Assembly: GCF_947500405.1 (NCBI RefSeq)
Contig: NZ_CANMRY010000013.1
Coordinates: forward strand, 98 to 64,097
From: an uncultured Maribacter sp.
GTDB lineage: Bacteria > Bacteroidota > Bacteroidia > Flavobacteriales > Flavobacteriaceae
Reading direction: 5' to 3'
Length of the DNA stretch: 64,000 nt
Shown: positions 19,275 through 28,451 of the stretch, piece by piece
How positions within the stretch are numbered: position 1 is the first letter of the stretch
Layout: the number at the start of each line of letters is the position of its first letter
Translations under genes and position numbers: made by a program
The notes under the pieces: generated by a model
Databases searched by the model: none
What the model saw: only the letters and a program-made list of their open reading frames with translations
Told to the model about the DNA's origin: nothing

Positions 19275-19388
19275 ATGAAAATTATCAATTTTTTAAACGG
19301 AGACCTAGTTTTTCCTTTTTTAGCTCTTTTTGTTTTGGTTATCTATTTTATAAATAGAATTCGTACCAGAAGAAAATACAAAAGATAA
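19275..19388 (+). CDS. Possible 37-aa single-TM peptide (hypothetical)
   Basis: ATG...TAA giving MKIINFLNGDLVFPFLALFVLVIYFINRIRTRRKYKR. Hydrophobic core plus basic tail in an otherwise empty intergenic region. No other support. Confidence 0.3.
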   Translation: MKIINFLNGDLVFPFLALFVLVIYFINRIRTRRKYKR

Positions 19389-19461
19389 GCGTATACCAAA
19401 TACTCGTCTCTATTGAAATAGGAATAAACCTTACCTTTGCATGACAATATTCCCAATAACA

Positions 19462-19911
19462 ATGAGTAACATAAGAATTACAAAACAATTTACATTTGAA
19501 ACCGGTCATGCCCTTTATGGTTATGATGGTAAATGCAAAAATGTTCATGGCCATAGCTATAAACTTTCTGTAACTGTAATTGGAAAACCTATTACAGATA
19601 CAAACAATGTAAAATTGGGTATGGTAATAGATTTTGGCGATTTAAAAAAGATAGTAAAAGAAGAGGTTGTAGACCAGTTTGATCATGCTACTGTTTTTAA
19701 TAAAAACACCCCTCATTTAGAGTTAGCTAATGAGTTAATAAAGAGAGGGCACGATGTAATACTTGCAGATTACCAGCCTTCTAGCGAGAATATGGTAATA
19801 GATTTTGCTACTAAAATAAAAGCAAGGTTACCTAAAGATATACATCTACATTCTTTAAAATTACAAGAAACTGAGACCGCTTTTGCAGAGTGGCATGCCT
19901 CTGACAACTAG
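19462..19911 (+). CDS. queD: 6-carboxy-5,6,7,8-tetrahydropterin synthase
   Basis: FTFETGHAL...CKNVHGHSY motif. Start moved to ATG 19462 (MSNIRI) because a -7 box TACCTTTG lies at 19432-19439, close to the ORF-track start at 19441. Confidence 0.88.
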   Translation: MSNIRITKQFTFETGHALYGYDGKCKNVHGHSYKLSVTVIGKPITDTNNVKLGMVIDFGDLKKIVKEEVVDQFDHATVFNKNTPHLELANELIKRGHDVILADYQPSSENMVIDFATKIKARLPKDIHLHSLKLQETETAFAEWHASDN

Positions 19912-19916
19912 TTTTC

Positions 19917-20684
19917 ATGAAAAACATTATTGTTCCAAAAGGTAAAAAAGTATACTTCGCAAGTGATAATCATTTGGGAGCGCCTACTATGGAACAAAGT
20001 ATGCCTAGAGAAAAGAAATTTGTTGCTTGGTTAGAGGAAATTAAAGAAGATGCTGCGGCCATTTTTCTTTTAGGGGATATGTTCGATTTTTGGATGGAAT
20101 ACAAAACCGTAATTCCTAAAGGATTTACAAGAACTCTTGGTAAACTAGCAGAATTGAGTGATGCCGGTATTCCTATATTCTATTTTGTTGGTAACCACGA
20201 CCTTTGGATGAGTGGTTATTTTGAAGAAGAATTAAACATTCCTGTTTTCCATACCACACAACAATTTAAATTAAACGACACTTCCTTTTTTATTGGTCAT
20301 GGAGATGGTCTTGGTCCTAATGATAAAGGCTTTAAACGCATGAAGAAAGTGTTTACTAATCCTTTTGCTAAATGGTTGTTTAGATGGTTGCACCCAGATA
20401 TTGGAGTTCGACTAGGTAAATATCTCTCCGTGAAAAATAAAATTATTTCTGGGGATGATGATGTAAAATTTCTTGGCGAAGAAAAGGAATGGTTAGTGCA
20501 GTATGCTAAACGAAAACTAGAGACAAAACATTACGATTATTTTGTTTTTGGCCATAGACATTTACCTCTAGAAATAGACCTCAACGGAAAATCTACCTAC
20601 GTAAACCTTGGTGATTGGATATCTTATTATACGTATGGTGTGTTTGATGGTACTACACTTTCCCTAGAAAAGCTCCCTAAGTAG
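19917..20684 (+). CDS. lpxH: UDP-2,3-diacylglucosamine diphosphatase
   Basis: Calcineurin-like metallophosphoesterase motifs (ASDNHLG, GDMFDFW, GNHD, GHGD, GHRH). Size and order are typical of LpxH. Confidence 0.85.
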   Translation: MKNIIVPKGKKVYFASDNHLGAPTMEQSMPREKKFVAWLEEIKEDAAAIFLLGDMFDFWMEYKTVIPKGFTRTLGKLAELSDAGIPIFYFVGNHDLWMSGYFEEELNIPVFHTTQQFKLNDTSFFIGHGDGLGPNDKGFKRMKKVFTNPFAKWLFRWLHPDIGVRLGKYLSVKNKIISGDDDVKFLGEEKEWLVQYAKRKLETKHYDYFVFGHRHLPLEIDLNGKSTYVNLGDWISYYTYGVFDGTTLSLEKLPK

Positions 20685-21948
20685 TTTTAGTTTCCTCTTC
20701 TTCATGCGCATCAATATCTTTTTGTAAATCTAGTTTTCTAAAAGAAGGTAAAGAAAATGCAGTAATACCAACGGTAAGCAACGTCATTGTGCCCCCAAAA
20801 ACTACAGCAGTTACTGCTCCCATCCATTTTGCTGTTAATCCACTTTCAAAAGCTCCAAGCTCATTAGAAGAACCTACAAAAATAGAATTTACAGATGCTA
20901 CTCTACCTCGCATGTGATCTGGCGTTTTTAATTGTAAAATAGTTTGTCTTATTATCATAGAAACCCCGTCTACAGCACCACTCATAAATAATGCAAATAC
21001 AGATAACCAAAAGTACGTAGACAAGCCAAATACTATTATACAAAGTCCAAATCCAAATATGGCATACAAGAGCTTTTTACCCGCATTTTTATGAAGCGGA
21101 AAACGAGTAGAGCCTAACATAGTTAAAAATGCTCCTACAGCAGGTGCTGCTCTAAGAATACCAAAACCTTCGGCTCCTACATGTAAAATATCTTGCGCAA
21201 AAATAGGAAGTAGGGCTATTGCACCTCCAAAAAGTACCGCAATCATATCTAAGGTTAATGCTCCTAATACCGCTTTGGTACTAAAAACAAAATCTAACCC
21301 TTCTTTTAAACTTTGAAAAACAGGTTCTCCAATTTTAGGATTTAAAATAGGTTTCTTTTTAATCTGAGAAAGAGCTATTACTGCAAGTATAGAAAATCCA
21401 AAAATTACGCACATAGACCAGTGTACACCAATCCAACTTATAGAAAATCCTGCAAAAGCAGGTCCTAAAACCGATGCCATTTGCCAAGTAGAACTACTCC
21501 ATGTTGCAGCATTTGGGTATATTTTTTTTGGAACAATCAATGCTATTAAAGAAAATATAGTTGGCCCAATAAAAGAACGTACTATTCCTCCTAGAAAAAC
21601 CAAACAATAAATAGCGTAAAGAATGGTTTTAGTACTATACTCTAATTGCACTTGCGGCATACTTAACATAAATAGCCCAAAGCTAATTATAGAAAAGCCA
21701 AGAATACATTTAACTAACAAACTACGTTTTTCTTTTTGGTCTACTATATGGCCAGCAAAAAGCGCCATAAGTACCGCAGGAATAACTTCCATAAGCCCAA
21801 TAATACCTAATGATAACGGGTCCTTAGTCATGGTGTACACTTGCCACTCTATTACAATAAATTGCATAGACCAAGCAAATACCATAGCAAAACGTACTAC
21901 TAAAAATATATTAAATTCTTTATAACGAAGTGCTGCGTATGGATCCAA
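20677..21948 (-). CDS. MFS transporter
   Basis: 423 aa, about 12 predicted TM helices, MFS-like loop motifs. Confidence 0.8.
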   Translation of the reverse strand: MDPYAALRYKEFNIFLVVRFAMVFAWSMQFIVIEWQVYTMTKDPLSLGIIGLMEVIPAVLMALFAGHIVDQKEKRSLLVKCILGFSIISFGLFMLSMPQVQLEYSTKTILYAIYCLVFLGGIVRSFIGPTIFSLIALIVPKKIYPNAATWSSSTWQMASVLGPAFAGFSISWIGVHWSMCVIFGFSILAVIALSQIKKKPILNPKIGEPVFQSLKEGLDFVFSTKAVLGALTLDMIAVLFGGAIALLPIFAQDILHVGAEGFGILRAAPAVGAFLTMLGSTRFPLHKNAGKKLLYAIFGFGLCIIVFGLSTYFWLSVFALFMSGAVDGVSMIIRQTILQLKTPDHMRGRVASVNSIFVGSSNELGAFESGLTAKWMGAVTAVVFGGTMTLLTVGITAFSLPSFRKLDLQKDIDAHEEEETKTT

Positions 21949-22025
21949 AAGAAAAGTACTAAAATTAGAGCCTCAAAAGTAAGACATTATATAATTAAAG
22001 AGGAAGTTCTCTTTTTAAAAATACT

Positions 22026-23729
22026 TTAATTTTCTTTTATATCTCTTATCCTCAACTGCAGAGATGTCTTCCCTTGCCACTCATTCTCATCTATAGAAAA
22101 AACAGCATTAAAAGTACCTTGGGTAACAACATCTAACTTTTTTCCTAAACTAAAACCTATGGCATTGATTCTTTCTTTACTTGTGGTATTAGAAGGCTGA
22201 TAAACAGCACATTTTAAATGGCTCTCTTCTGCTCCTACTCCTTTTGCATAACCAGAATCTTTTAAATTTTCTGCCATAAAAACTGGCGTCATATTTCCTG
22301 GCCCAAAAGGCTCAAACTGATTAATAATACGCATTAACTTAGGGGTTATGTCTGTAAAATTAATTATAGCATCTATACTTATTTCTGGAGTTAATAAGCG
22401 CTTGTCTATGGTTTGGGAAACTACTTCTTCAAACTTTGCTTTAAAATCTTCATATTGCGATTCTAAAAGAGTTAACCCTGCGGCATATTTATGGCCGCCA
22501 AATTGCTCTATAAATTCAGAACTGGCATCTAATGCGTTATACACATCAAAACCTTTTACAGAACGTGCAGAAGCTGCTAATTTATCGCCGCTCTTAGTAA
22601 AAACTAAAGTTGGTCTATAGTAGTTTTCTGTTAAACGAGATGCCACAATCCCTATGACTCCTTTATGCCAAGTATCTTTATAAACTACAGAAGTAAACTT
22701 CTCCTCTTCATTGTAATCTACAATTTGCTGTAAAGCTTCTTTGGTAATTTGTTTATCTAAATTTTTGCGGTCTAGATTGTATTTTTCTATTTCACCAGCA
22801 AACTTCTCTGCTTCCGAAATATCCGTTTCTGTTAATAAATTTACAGCATGTTGTCCATGCTTCATCCTACCAGCGGCATTAATTCTTGGTGCTATGGTAA
22901 AAACAACATCGGTAATACTTAATCTTTGCTTTTTTGTCTGTGCAATAATTGCTTTAAAACCTATTCTTGGATTACTATTTATAACCTGTAGGCCGTAATA
23001 TGCTAGCACTCTATTTTCTCCTGTTATAGGTACAATATCGGCCCCTATTGCAGTAGCAACCAAGTCTAAATACGGTACTAAATCTTCTATAGTTTGTTCG
23101 TTATTTACTGCTAGTGCTTGGATTAATTTAAAACCAACACCGCAACCACACAACTCATCATAAGGATACGAGCAATCCTCTCTTTTAGCATCTAAAACGG
23201 CAACTGCATTTGGTAATTCTTTTCCTGGTCTGTGGTGATCACAAATAATAAAATCTATTCCTTTTTCTTTGGCATAATTTACCTTCTCTATTGCTTTTAC
23301 ACCACAATCTAAGGTTATGATTAAACTAAAATCATTGTCTTCGGCAAAATCTATTCCTTGGTAAGAAACGCCATATCCTTCGCCATATCTATCTGGAATA
23401 TACGTTGCAACATTTGGGTAATAGCTTAGCAAATAGGAAGATAATAATGCAACAGATGTTGTGCCATCTACATCATAATCGCCATACACCAATATGTTTT
23501 CATTATTTGCAATTGCTTTTTCGATACGATTTACAGCAATATCCATATCCTTCATTAAAAAAGGGTCGTGCAAATCTGATAATTGCGGACGGAAAAAAGT
23601 TTTTGCTTCTTCGTAGGATGTAATTCCTCTTTGTAAAAGAAGTTGCGCAACTAAATTTTCTACGTTTAAAGCTTGCGCTAAAGCAGTAATTTCTTCTTGT
23701 TCGGGTTTTGCTTTAATTGTCCAGCGCAT
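22026..23729 (-). CDS. recJ: Single-stranded-DNA-specific exonuclease RecJ
   Basis: 567 aa. DHH motifs (GDYDVDGTTS, DCG, ICDHHRP) and DHHA1 (GGHKYAAG). Confidence 0.95.
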   Translation of the reverse strand: MRWTIKAKPEQEEITALAQALNVENLVAQLLLQRGITSYEEAKTFFRPQLSDLHDPFLMKDMDIAVNRIEKAIANNENILVYGDYDVDGTTSVALLSSYLLSYYPNVATYIPDRYGEGYGVSYQGIDFAEDNDFSLIITLDCGVKAIEKVNYAKEKGIDFIICDHHRPGKELPNAVAVLDAKREDCSYPYDELCGCGVGFKLIQALAVNNEQTIEDLVPYLDLVATAIGADIVPITGENRVLAYYGLQVINSNPRIGFKAIIAQTKKQRLSITDVVFTIAPRINAAGRMKHGQHAVNLLTETDISEAEKFAGEIEKYNLDRKNLDKQITKEALQQIVDYNEEEKFTSVVYKDTWHKGVIGIVASRLTENYYRPTLVFTKSGDKLAASARSVKGFDVYNALDASSEFIEQFGGHKYAAGLTLLESQYEDFKAKFEEVVSQTIDKRLLTPEISIDAIINFTDITPKLMRIINQFEPFGPGNMTPVFMAENLKDSGYAKGVGAEESHLKCAVYQPSNTTSKERINAIGFSLGKKLDVVTQGTFNAVFSIDENEWQGKTSLQLRIRDIKEN

Positions 23730-23835
23730 AGTTTAAAAACAAATTTAAATGTCAAATTCAAATACAAAAACTTACTTTATCAACTTTTGTTTTTGATTAT
23801 TGTAGCTATGATTTTTATTAACTGTTCTACTTCAT

Positions 23836-24133
23836 CTAAAATAATTCAACTCTTTTCTTTTCATCTCCATAATTTATCTTATCTAAGATTTTTAAGTTTA
23901 TTCTGGATTCTTTAAGCTCCTTAAGTGATATAACTAGCTTTATTTCTGAAATCTCTGTCGGATTGAGTCCCTTGCATTTCTCCAAAATTCAAAGCTGAAC
24001 TACCGCCTGAACGCAAAAGTTGATGTCCATAATATTGCCCAGTAAAATCAGTTGGGTTTTTTTGGCAAAAAAGTGCAGTTTCTGCAGCAAAGTTCACCAA
24101 TCTTTCCTCTAAATTATAAGGCTTTACAGACAT
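23836..24133 (-). pseudogene. Four-helix-bundle protein (23S rRNA intervening-sequence protein family), frameshifted
   Basis: ORF 23921-24133 ends ...QLLRSGGSSALNFGEMQGTQSDRDFRNK ASYIT*. Shifting by 1 nt after AATAAAG continues as LVISLKELKESRINLKILDKINYGDEKKRVELF*, the expected C-terminal helices. Confidence 0.65.
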
Positions 24134-24168
24134 AAAATTGTATTTGAGTTTAGCTTTTGTATTTGTAT

Positions 24169-24600
24169 TTACTTTGAATGATGAAAAACCGTTTTAATTT
24201 CCATGGTAGCAAACTGGCGGAACATCTCCATTACACCACAATACTTTTCTATAGACAAGTCTACTGCTCTTTGTAATTTTTTCTCATGTAAATTTGGTCC
24301 TGTAAAATGATATTCTACCGTAACTGCATCGTAAAATTTTGGATGCTCGTCTGTTAAATTTGCAATAGTTTCTATAGTAAATTCTTCTACCTCTAGCTTC
24401 ATCTTTTTTATCATTGCTGCTACATCTAAACCAGAACAACCCGCAAGAGAACTAAGCATTAAGGCTTTGGGCCTATACCCACTACCATCTCCGCCATCTT
24501 CTTTAGCTATATCTATTTTTAGGTTATGCCCAGATGGGTTATCGCTCTCAAAAGCCATATTACCCAACCATTTTGTAGTTACTTTATTTGTTGTACTCAT
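24169..24600 (-). CDS. OsmC-family protein
   Basis: 143 aa. OsmC pattern with paired Cys (LAGCSG...EKYCGV). Confidence 0.8.
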   Translation of the reverse strand: MSTTNKVTTKWLGNMAFESDNPSGHNLKIDIAKEDGGDGSGYRPKALMLSSLAGCSGLDVAAMIKKMKLEVEEFTIETIANLTDEHPKFYDAVTVEYHFTGPNLHEKKLQRAVDLSIEKYCGVMEMFRQFATMEIKTVFHHSK

Positions 24601-24632
24601 AATTTTTGTTTCTTGTATTATTCAAAAATACA

Positions 24633-25832
24633 TTAATATAATAGACCAAAAAGGTATAAAGGGATTATGTTTAAACTTCCTATTTCCATGTCATCACGGA
24701 CAACATAGGAATTATTTAACCCTTGAATCTGTTTGGTGTTTTTGCCTTTACCTCCTATTTCAAAGATATATTTTCTATCAATTATAAAATCTCCTTTTTC
24801 TGCTAAATGAATTTCATGGTTATTTAAATTTTTAAATTGATTTGCAAAAAACGTTTCTCGCATAGTTCCTACTTCATTTGCATTTTTACTCAATGCTAGA
24901 ATTAAATTGGTATTATTCAAGTATAACTTTTCTGGTTTAGTAAAAGCCCCTATTCCTTTTGTTGGTCTAAACAACTCAATAACCAAATCTGCTCTATTTA
25001 ATAATTTTATAGCATTTAATAAAAACTCTCTTGACATTCCTAAACGCTCACTTAATTTGGAAACATTAGGTGAAAAAGGAGCGGATTGTGCTATAGCTAC
25101 TAATAGTTTTTTTATTTTTCTACTATCGGAATAAGGAATATTCTCTATTGCATTTAAATCTACTTCTAAGATTAAATTTATCGTCTGCAGTAGTTTTTGC
25201 AAATATTGATTTGTTCCTTCCATAAAGTAAGGATAGGAACCATAATCTAAATATTCTTTAAAGTCTTTTAACGGACTTTGTAAACTTTCTTTAACTGTTT
25301 TAGCAATTTTGTTATGGTTTATTAGTAACTCTTCTAAGCTTACTTTTGGGAGTTTATATCCATGTTTAAAATTTATATATTCCCTAAATGAAAGTTCTTT
25401 TAAATGATAATTTACTACTCTTCTGCTTAGATCCGATTCTCCTTTATAGATTTCTAACATAGAAGAAGAAGTAAATACCGTTTTTAAGTTAGGAAATTGG
25501 TCGTAAATTAATTTTAATTCTCTTGACCATTGTGGATACTTGTGTACCTCATCTAAGAAAAGATGCGTTCCTCCCTGCAATACAAATTCCTTTGCTAAGG
25601 AAACCAAAGTATTTTCTAAAAAATAAAGATTATCTAAAGAAACATAAAGTGGTATGGCATCTTTAGGCAGTTTAAATTTTATTTTTTGGTGTAGTAATGT
25701 TGTTTTGCCGGAACCTCTTGCTCCTTTAATAGCAATAAGTCTGTTATCCCAATCTATTTGGTTAATTAAATAACGCTCTTTTACTCCAACATGTTCCAGA
25801 AGCTGCTCTTGAAGAGCTAATAATTCTTCCAT
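24633..25832 (-). CDS. AAA+ ATPase (AAA_14/DUF4143-type ATP-binding protein)
   Basis: 399 aa. Walker A GARGSGKTT and Walker B LFLDEVH, with a long C-terminal domain typical of the COG1373-type family. Confidence 0.8.
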   Translation of the reverse strand: MEELLALQEQLLEHVGVKERYLINQIDWDNRLIAIKGARGSGKTTLLHQKIKFKLPKDAIPLYVSLDNLYFLENTLVSLAKEFVLQGGTHLFLDEVHKYPQWSRELKLIYDQFPNLKTVFTSSSMLEIYKGESDLSRRVVNYHLKELSFREYINFKHGYKLPKVSLEELLINHNKIAKTVKESLQSPLKDFKEYLDYGSYPYFMEGTNQYLQKLLQTINLILEVDLNAIENIPYSDSRKIKKLLVAIAQSAPFSPNVSKLSERLGMSREFLLNAIKLLNRADLVIELFRPTKGIGAFTKPEKLYLNNTNLILALSKNANEVGTMRETFFANQFKNLNNHEIHLAEKGDFIIDRKYIFEIGGKGKNTKQIQGLNNSYVVRDDMEIGSLNIIPLYLFGLLY

Positions 25833-25861
25833 TTTGTATCTTTATTTAATAACAAATATAA

Positions 25862-25950
25862 CAAATTGTCTTTCTTCACAAACAAAAAATGATAAAATTG
25901 TCTTTCATCACAAACAAAAAATGATAAAATTGTCTTTCATAGAAAACAAA
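25862..25950. repeat. 32-bp tandem repeat, about 2.8 copies, immediately upstream of the AAA+ ATPase promoter
   Basis: The TTGTCTTTC(T/A)TCACAAACAAAAAATGATAAAA unit starts at 25866, 25898 and 25930 (period exactly 32). The third copy is degenerate. Confidence 0.85.
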
Positions 25951-26020
25951 AATACAAATATCCGCAACTACGGATTCCACCACTAGAGTAATTAGATAAT
26001 TTTTTGTAGAGACTTTAGTT

Positions 26021-26218
26021 TTGATTAAAATTAATAACACAATGGAAAACTTTATAGTTAACTACAGTCCAATAATAATAGGCCTGTCCATTATATTCAG
26101 TAAATGGATAAGTGAGTATTATAAAACTAAAAGAATAATTAAGTTTAAAGATATGGACAATTCTAAAATTGAAGCGACTGGAAAATATGAAGATAATTCG
26201 AAAAATGATAAAAATTGA
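26021..26218 (+). CDS. Hypothetical small membrane protein
   Basis: 65 aa with one hydrophobic helix (SPIIIGLSIIFSKWI). TTG start per the ORF track. No homology recognised. Confidence 0.3.
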   Translation: MIKINNTMENFIVNYSPIIIGLSIIFSKWISEYYKTKRIIKFKDMDNSKIEATGKYEDNSKNDKN

Positions 26219-26381
26219 AACAAATATTTTACCAAAACTTAATGGTAAATATCTCTACAAATCAATACGATTTATAGGCCTTTGGGTTGTTTTACCTATC
26301 TTCTTAATTTTTGTAATATTAATTATTTTTTTTAGCGAGAAACTTGAGAGGTTTTCAAATGCTTTTTCACTTCTATTTTAA
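26187..26381 (+). CDS. Hypothetical small membrane protein
   Basis: ATG at 26187 (MKIIRKM...) with one strong TM helix (FIGLWVVLPIFLIFVILIIFF). It overlaps the preceding small ORF in another frame. Confidence 0.3.
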   Translation: MKIIRKMIKIETNILPKLNGKYLYKSIRFIGLWVVLPIFLIFVILIIFFSEKLERFSNAFSLLF

Positions 26382-26950
26382 TCTATTAAATCTTCAACTC
26401 TCTCCTTAAACACCGGCAAAACATCACTATTAAACCAAGGGTTTTTAGTTAACCAAAATCTATTTCTAGGAGAAGGATGCGGTAAAGGAAAGTGCTTAGG
26501 CAGGTAATTCTCAAAAACGCGAACAGTTTCTGTTAGGTTTTTCTCTGCCGTTTTTCCTAAATAATATTTTTGGGCGTAGATACCTATTAAAATAACTAAT
26601 TCTAATTTAGGAAGCTTATTAAACAACTGCTCGTGCCATAAAGGAGCACATTCTGGTCTTGGTGGTAAATCTCCCGTTTTTCCTTTTCCAGGATAACAAA
26701 AGCCCATAGGAATAATTGCTATTTGTTTTTTATCATAAAAAACTTCGTCTGTTATTCCCATCCATTTCCGTAGCTGCTTTCCGCTGGGATCATCCCATGG
26801 AATACCAGAAGCATGTACTTTGGTTCCTGGAGCTTGCCCTATAATTGCAATTTTAGCTTCCGAGTGTGCAACAACTATAGGTCTTGGGCCTAAAGTTAAA
26901 TGCTCCTTACAAATAGCACACGCTCGGATATCAGAAAGAAGCTTTTCCAT
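26378..26950 (-). CDS. Uracil-DNA glycosylase superfamily protein
   Basis: 190 aa. IIGQAPG motif and HPSPRN motif of the UDG superfamily. Confidence 0.75.
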   Translation of the reverse strand: MEKLLSDIRACAICKEHLTLGPRPIVVAHSEAKIAIIGQAPGTKVHASGIPWDDPSGKQLRKWMGITDEVFYDKKQIAIIPMGFCYPGKGKTGDLPPRPECAPLWHEQLFNKLPKLELVILIGIYAQKYYLGKTAEKNLTETVRVFENYLPKHFPLPHPSPRNRFWLTKNPWFNSDVLPVFKERVEDLID

Positions 26951-26956
26951 TTTATC

Positions 26957-27298
26957 TTATTTTGTTTTTAATGCTTCTCCATCAAAAGAAATTCCATCAA
27001 AACCTGTTGCCATAAAATTTCTAATATTCTGGTGTCCTGTTCCTTCTATATCTTGTAAAACCTCTTCTGTATAGTACTTACCAAAGCAAGCTAAAGTGTC
27101 TTCTTTAGATAATTTTTCTAAACTAGCAAATGCAAATAACTTACAAGAACCTGAGTTTTCGCCAGCATTATTCTGCAATTTTCCATTTGTAAAAGCGGTT
27201 GGTGTAAATTCATAATTAGCTTCAATAACAGCCATGGTATCTGTAAATTCTACTTTACCTTCTGTACTTAATTTGTTTTTAAAATCTTCTATTTTCAT
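26957..27298 (-). CDS. HopJ-family protein
   Basis: FTPTAFTNG...NAGENSGSCKLFAFA...ACFGKYY...GTGHQNIRNF resembles the HopJ (HopPmaJ) family. Start moved to ATG 27298 (MKIEDF) to avoid overlap with rsmI. Confidence 0.6.
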   Translation of the reverse strand: MKIEDFKNKLSTEGKVEFTDTMAVIEANYEFTPTAFTNGKLQNNAGENSGSCKLFAFASLEKLSKEDTLACFGKYYTEEVLQDIEGTGHQNIRNFMATGFDGISFDGEALKTK

Positions 27299-27311
27299 AC
27301 TTAAATATCTC

Positions 27312-27983
27312 TTATTTTTTTCCTCCAACGACAATTACTATTTCACCTTTGGGAGGTTTTTCTGTAAAATGTTTTAAAACTTCTTCAGCGGTTCCTCTTA
27401 CAGTTTCTTCATACATTTTGGTAAGTTCTCTAGAAACGGAAACTGGCCTTTCGGCATCAAAATATTCTACAAACTGTCCTAATGTCTTTACTAGTTTATG
27501 AGGCGATTCATAAAAAATAATGGTTCTAGTTTCTTCGGCAAGTAGCTTTAATCGTGTTTGTCTTCCTTTTTTTACAGGTAAAAATCCTTCAAAAACAAAC
27601 TTATCATTAGGCAACCCACTATTTACCAATGCAGGTACAAAAGCGGTTGCACCAGGCAAACAGTCTACCTCAATATTTTCTGCAACACAAGCTCTAGTAA
27701 GTAAAAATCCAGGGTCTGATATTGCCGGTGTGCCTGCATCCGAAATTAAGGCAATAGTAGTTCCTGCTTGAATTTTATGTACCAAAGCGTCTACCATTTT
27801 ATGCTCATTATGCATATGATGGCTTTGCATTGGTGTGCCAATTTCTAAATGTTTTAAAAGTTTACCACTAGTCCTAGTGTCTTCTGCCAGAATAAGGTCT
27901 GCCTCCTTTAGTACACGTATAGCACGTAATGTAATATCTTCTAAATTACCTATTGGTGTTGGCACTAAATAGAGTTTTCCCAT
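27312..27983 (-). CDS. rsmI: 16S rRNA (cytidine1402-2'-O)-methyltransferase
   Basis: 223 aa. LYLVPTPIGNLEDITLRA...AEDTR signature of RsmI. Confidence 0.92.
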   Translation of the reverse strand: MGKLYLVPTPIGNLEDITLRAIRVLKEADLILAEDTRTSGKLLKHLEIGTPMQSHHMHNEHKMVDALVHKIQAGTTIALISDAGTPAISDPGFLLTRACVAENIEVDCLPGATAFVPALVNSGLPNDKFVFEGFLPVKKGRQTRLKLLAEETRTIIFYESPHKLVKTLGQFVEYFDAERPVSVSRELTKMYEETVRGTAEEVLKHFTEKPPKGEIVIVVGGKK

Positions 27984-27992
27984 ACTGCAAAT

Positions 27993-28349
27993 TTACGGCC
28001 TTACTTTCTTTCCAAGAAAATACGAAGCCAATAAAACTATCAAACCTACAACTGCTAAGGTTTGTTGGCCATCATTAATCATATAATGTGCAAAAAAAGC
28101 TAATACAAAATCAAAGAAAAAACCTGCATATGCCCATTCCTTTAAAGCTTTTCCTTTATTAGATAATAGTACTCCTAATCCTAATAATTTTGCTACAGCT
28201 AACGGATAAATTATGTAGGTAGGATACCCAAAAGATGTAAACGCATCTTTAATCATTTCATGCTTAAAAAAATACATAGATGCAGAAAAAAGCATTAATA
28301 CCGTTAATAACCCTGTTGCAATCCAATACATTATTTTTTGTGTTTTCAT
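27993..28349 (-). CDS. DoxX-family membrane protein
   Basis: 118 aa, 4 TM helices, DoxX-like pattern. Confidence 0.6.
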   Translation of the reverse strand: MKTQKIMYWIATGLLTVLMLFSASMYFFKHEMIKDAFTSFGYPTYIIYPLAVAKLLGLGVLLSNKGKALKEWAYAGFFFDFVLAFFAHYMINDGQQTLAVVGLIVLLASYFLGKKVRP

Positions 28350-28394
28350 ATCTAAATTATAATTGGTTTAAGCTTTAGTCGTACAAATAGTCTT

Positions 28395-28427
28395 AAAACA
28401 ACAATACCCTGCAAAAGCAAGGTATTG
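28395..28427 (-). terminator. Probable intrinsic terminator
   Basis: Minus strand CAATACCTTGC-TTTT-GCAGGGTATTG followed by TTGTTTT; one G:U pair in the stem. Confidence 0.5.
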
Positions 28428-28451
28428 AAATTAAAAAAAATATTTAATGCA

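Noticed and set aside
19348-19554. 68-aa minus-strand ORF spanning the queD promoter and start
   Set aside because: It overlaps the queD N-terminus and the small plus-strand peptide ORF, and has a Cys/Trp-rich non-protein-like composition.
25862-25950. Possible CRISPR array (regular 32-bp periodicity)
   Set aside because: The copies are contiguous with no unique spacers, there are only about 2.8 of them, and no cas genes are nearby. It is a simple tandem repeat in a promoter region.
26957-27298. HopJ 'type III effector' as evidence of a type III secretion system or virulence island
   Set aside because: No T3SS components are seen. The family name is historical, and the gene sits among core genes (rsmI, UDG-family).
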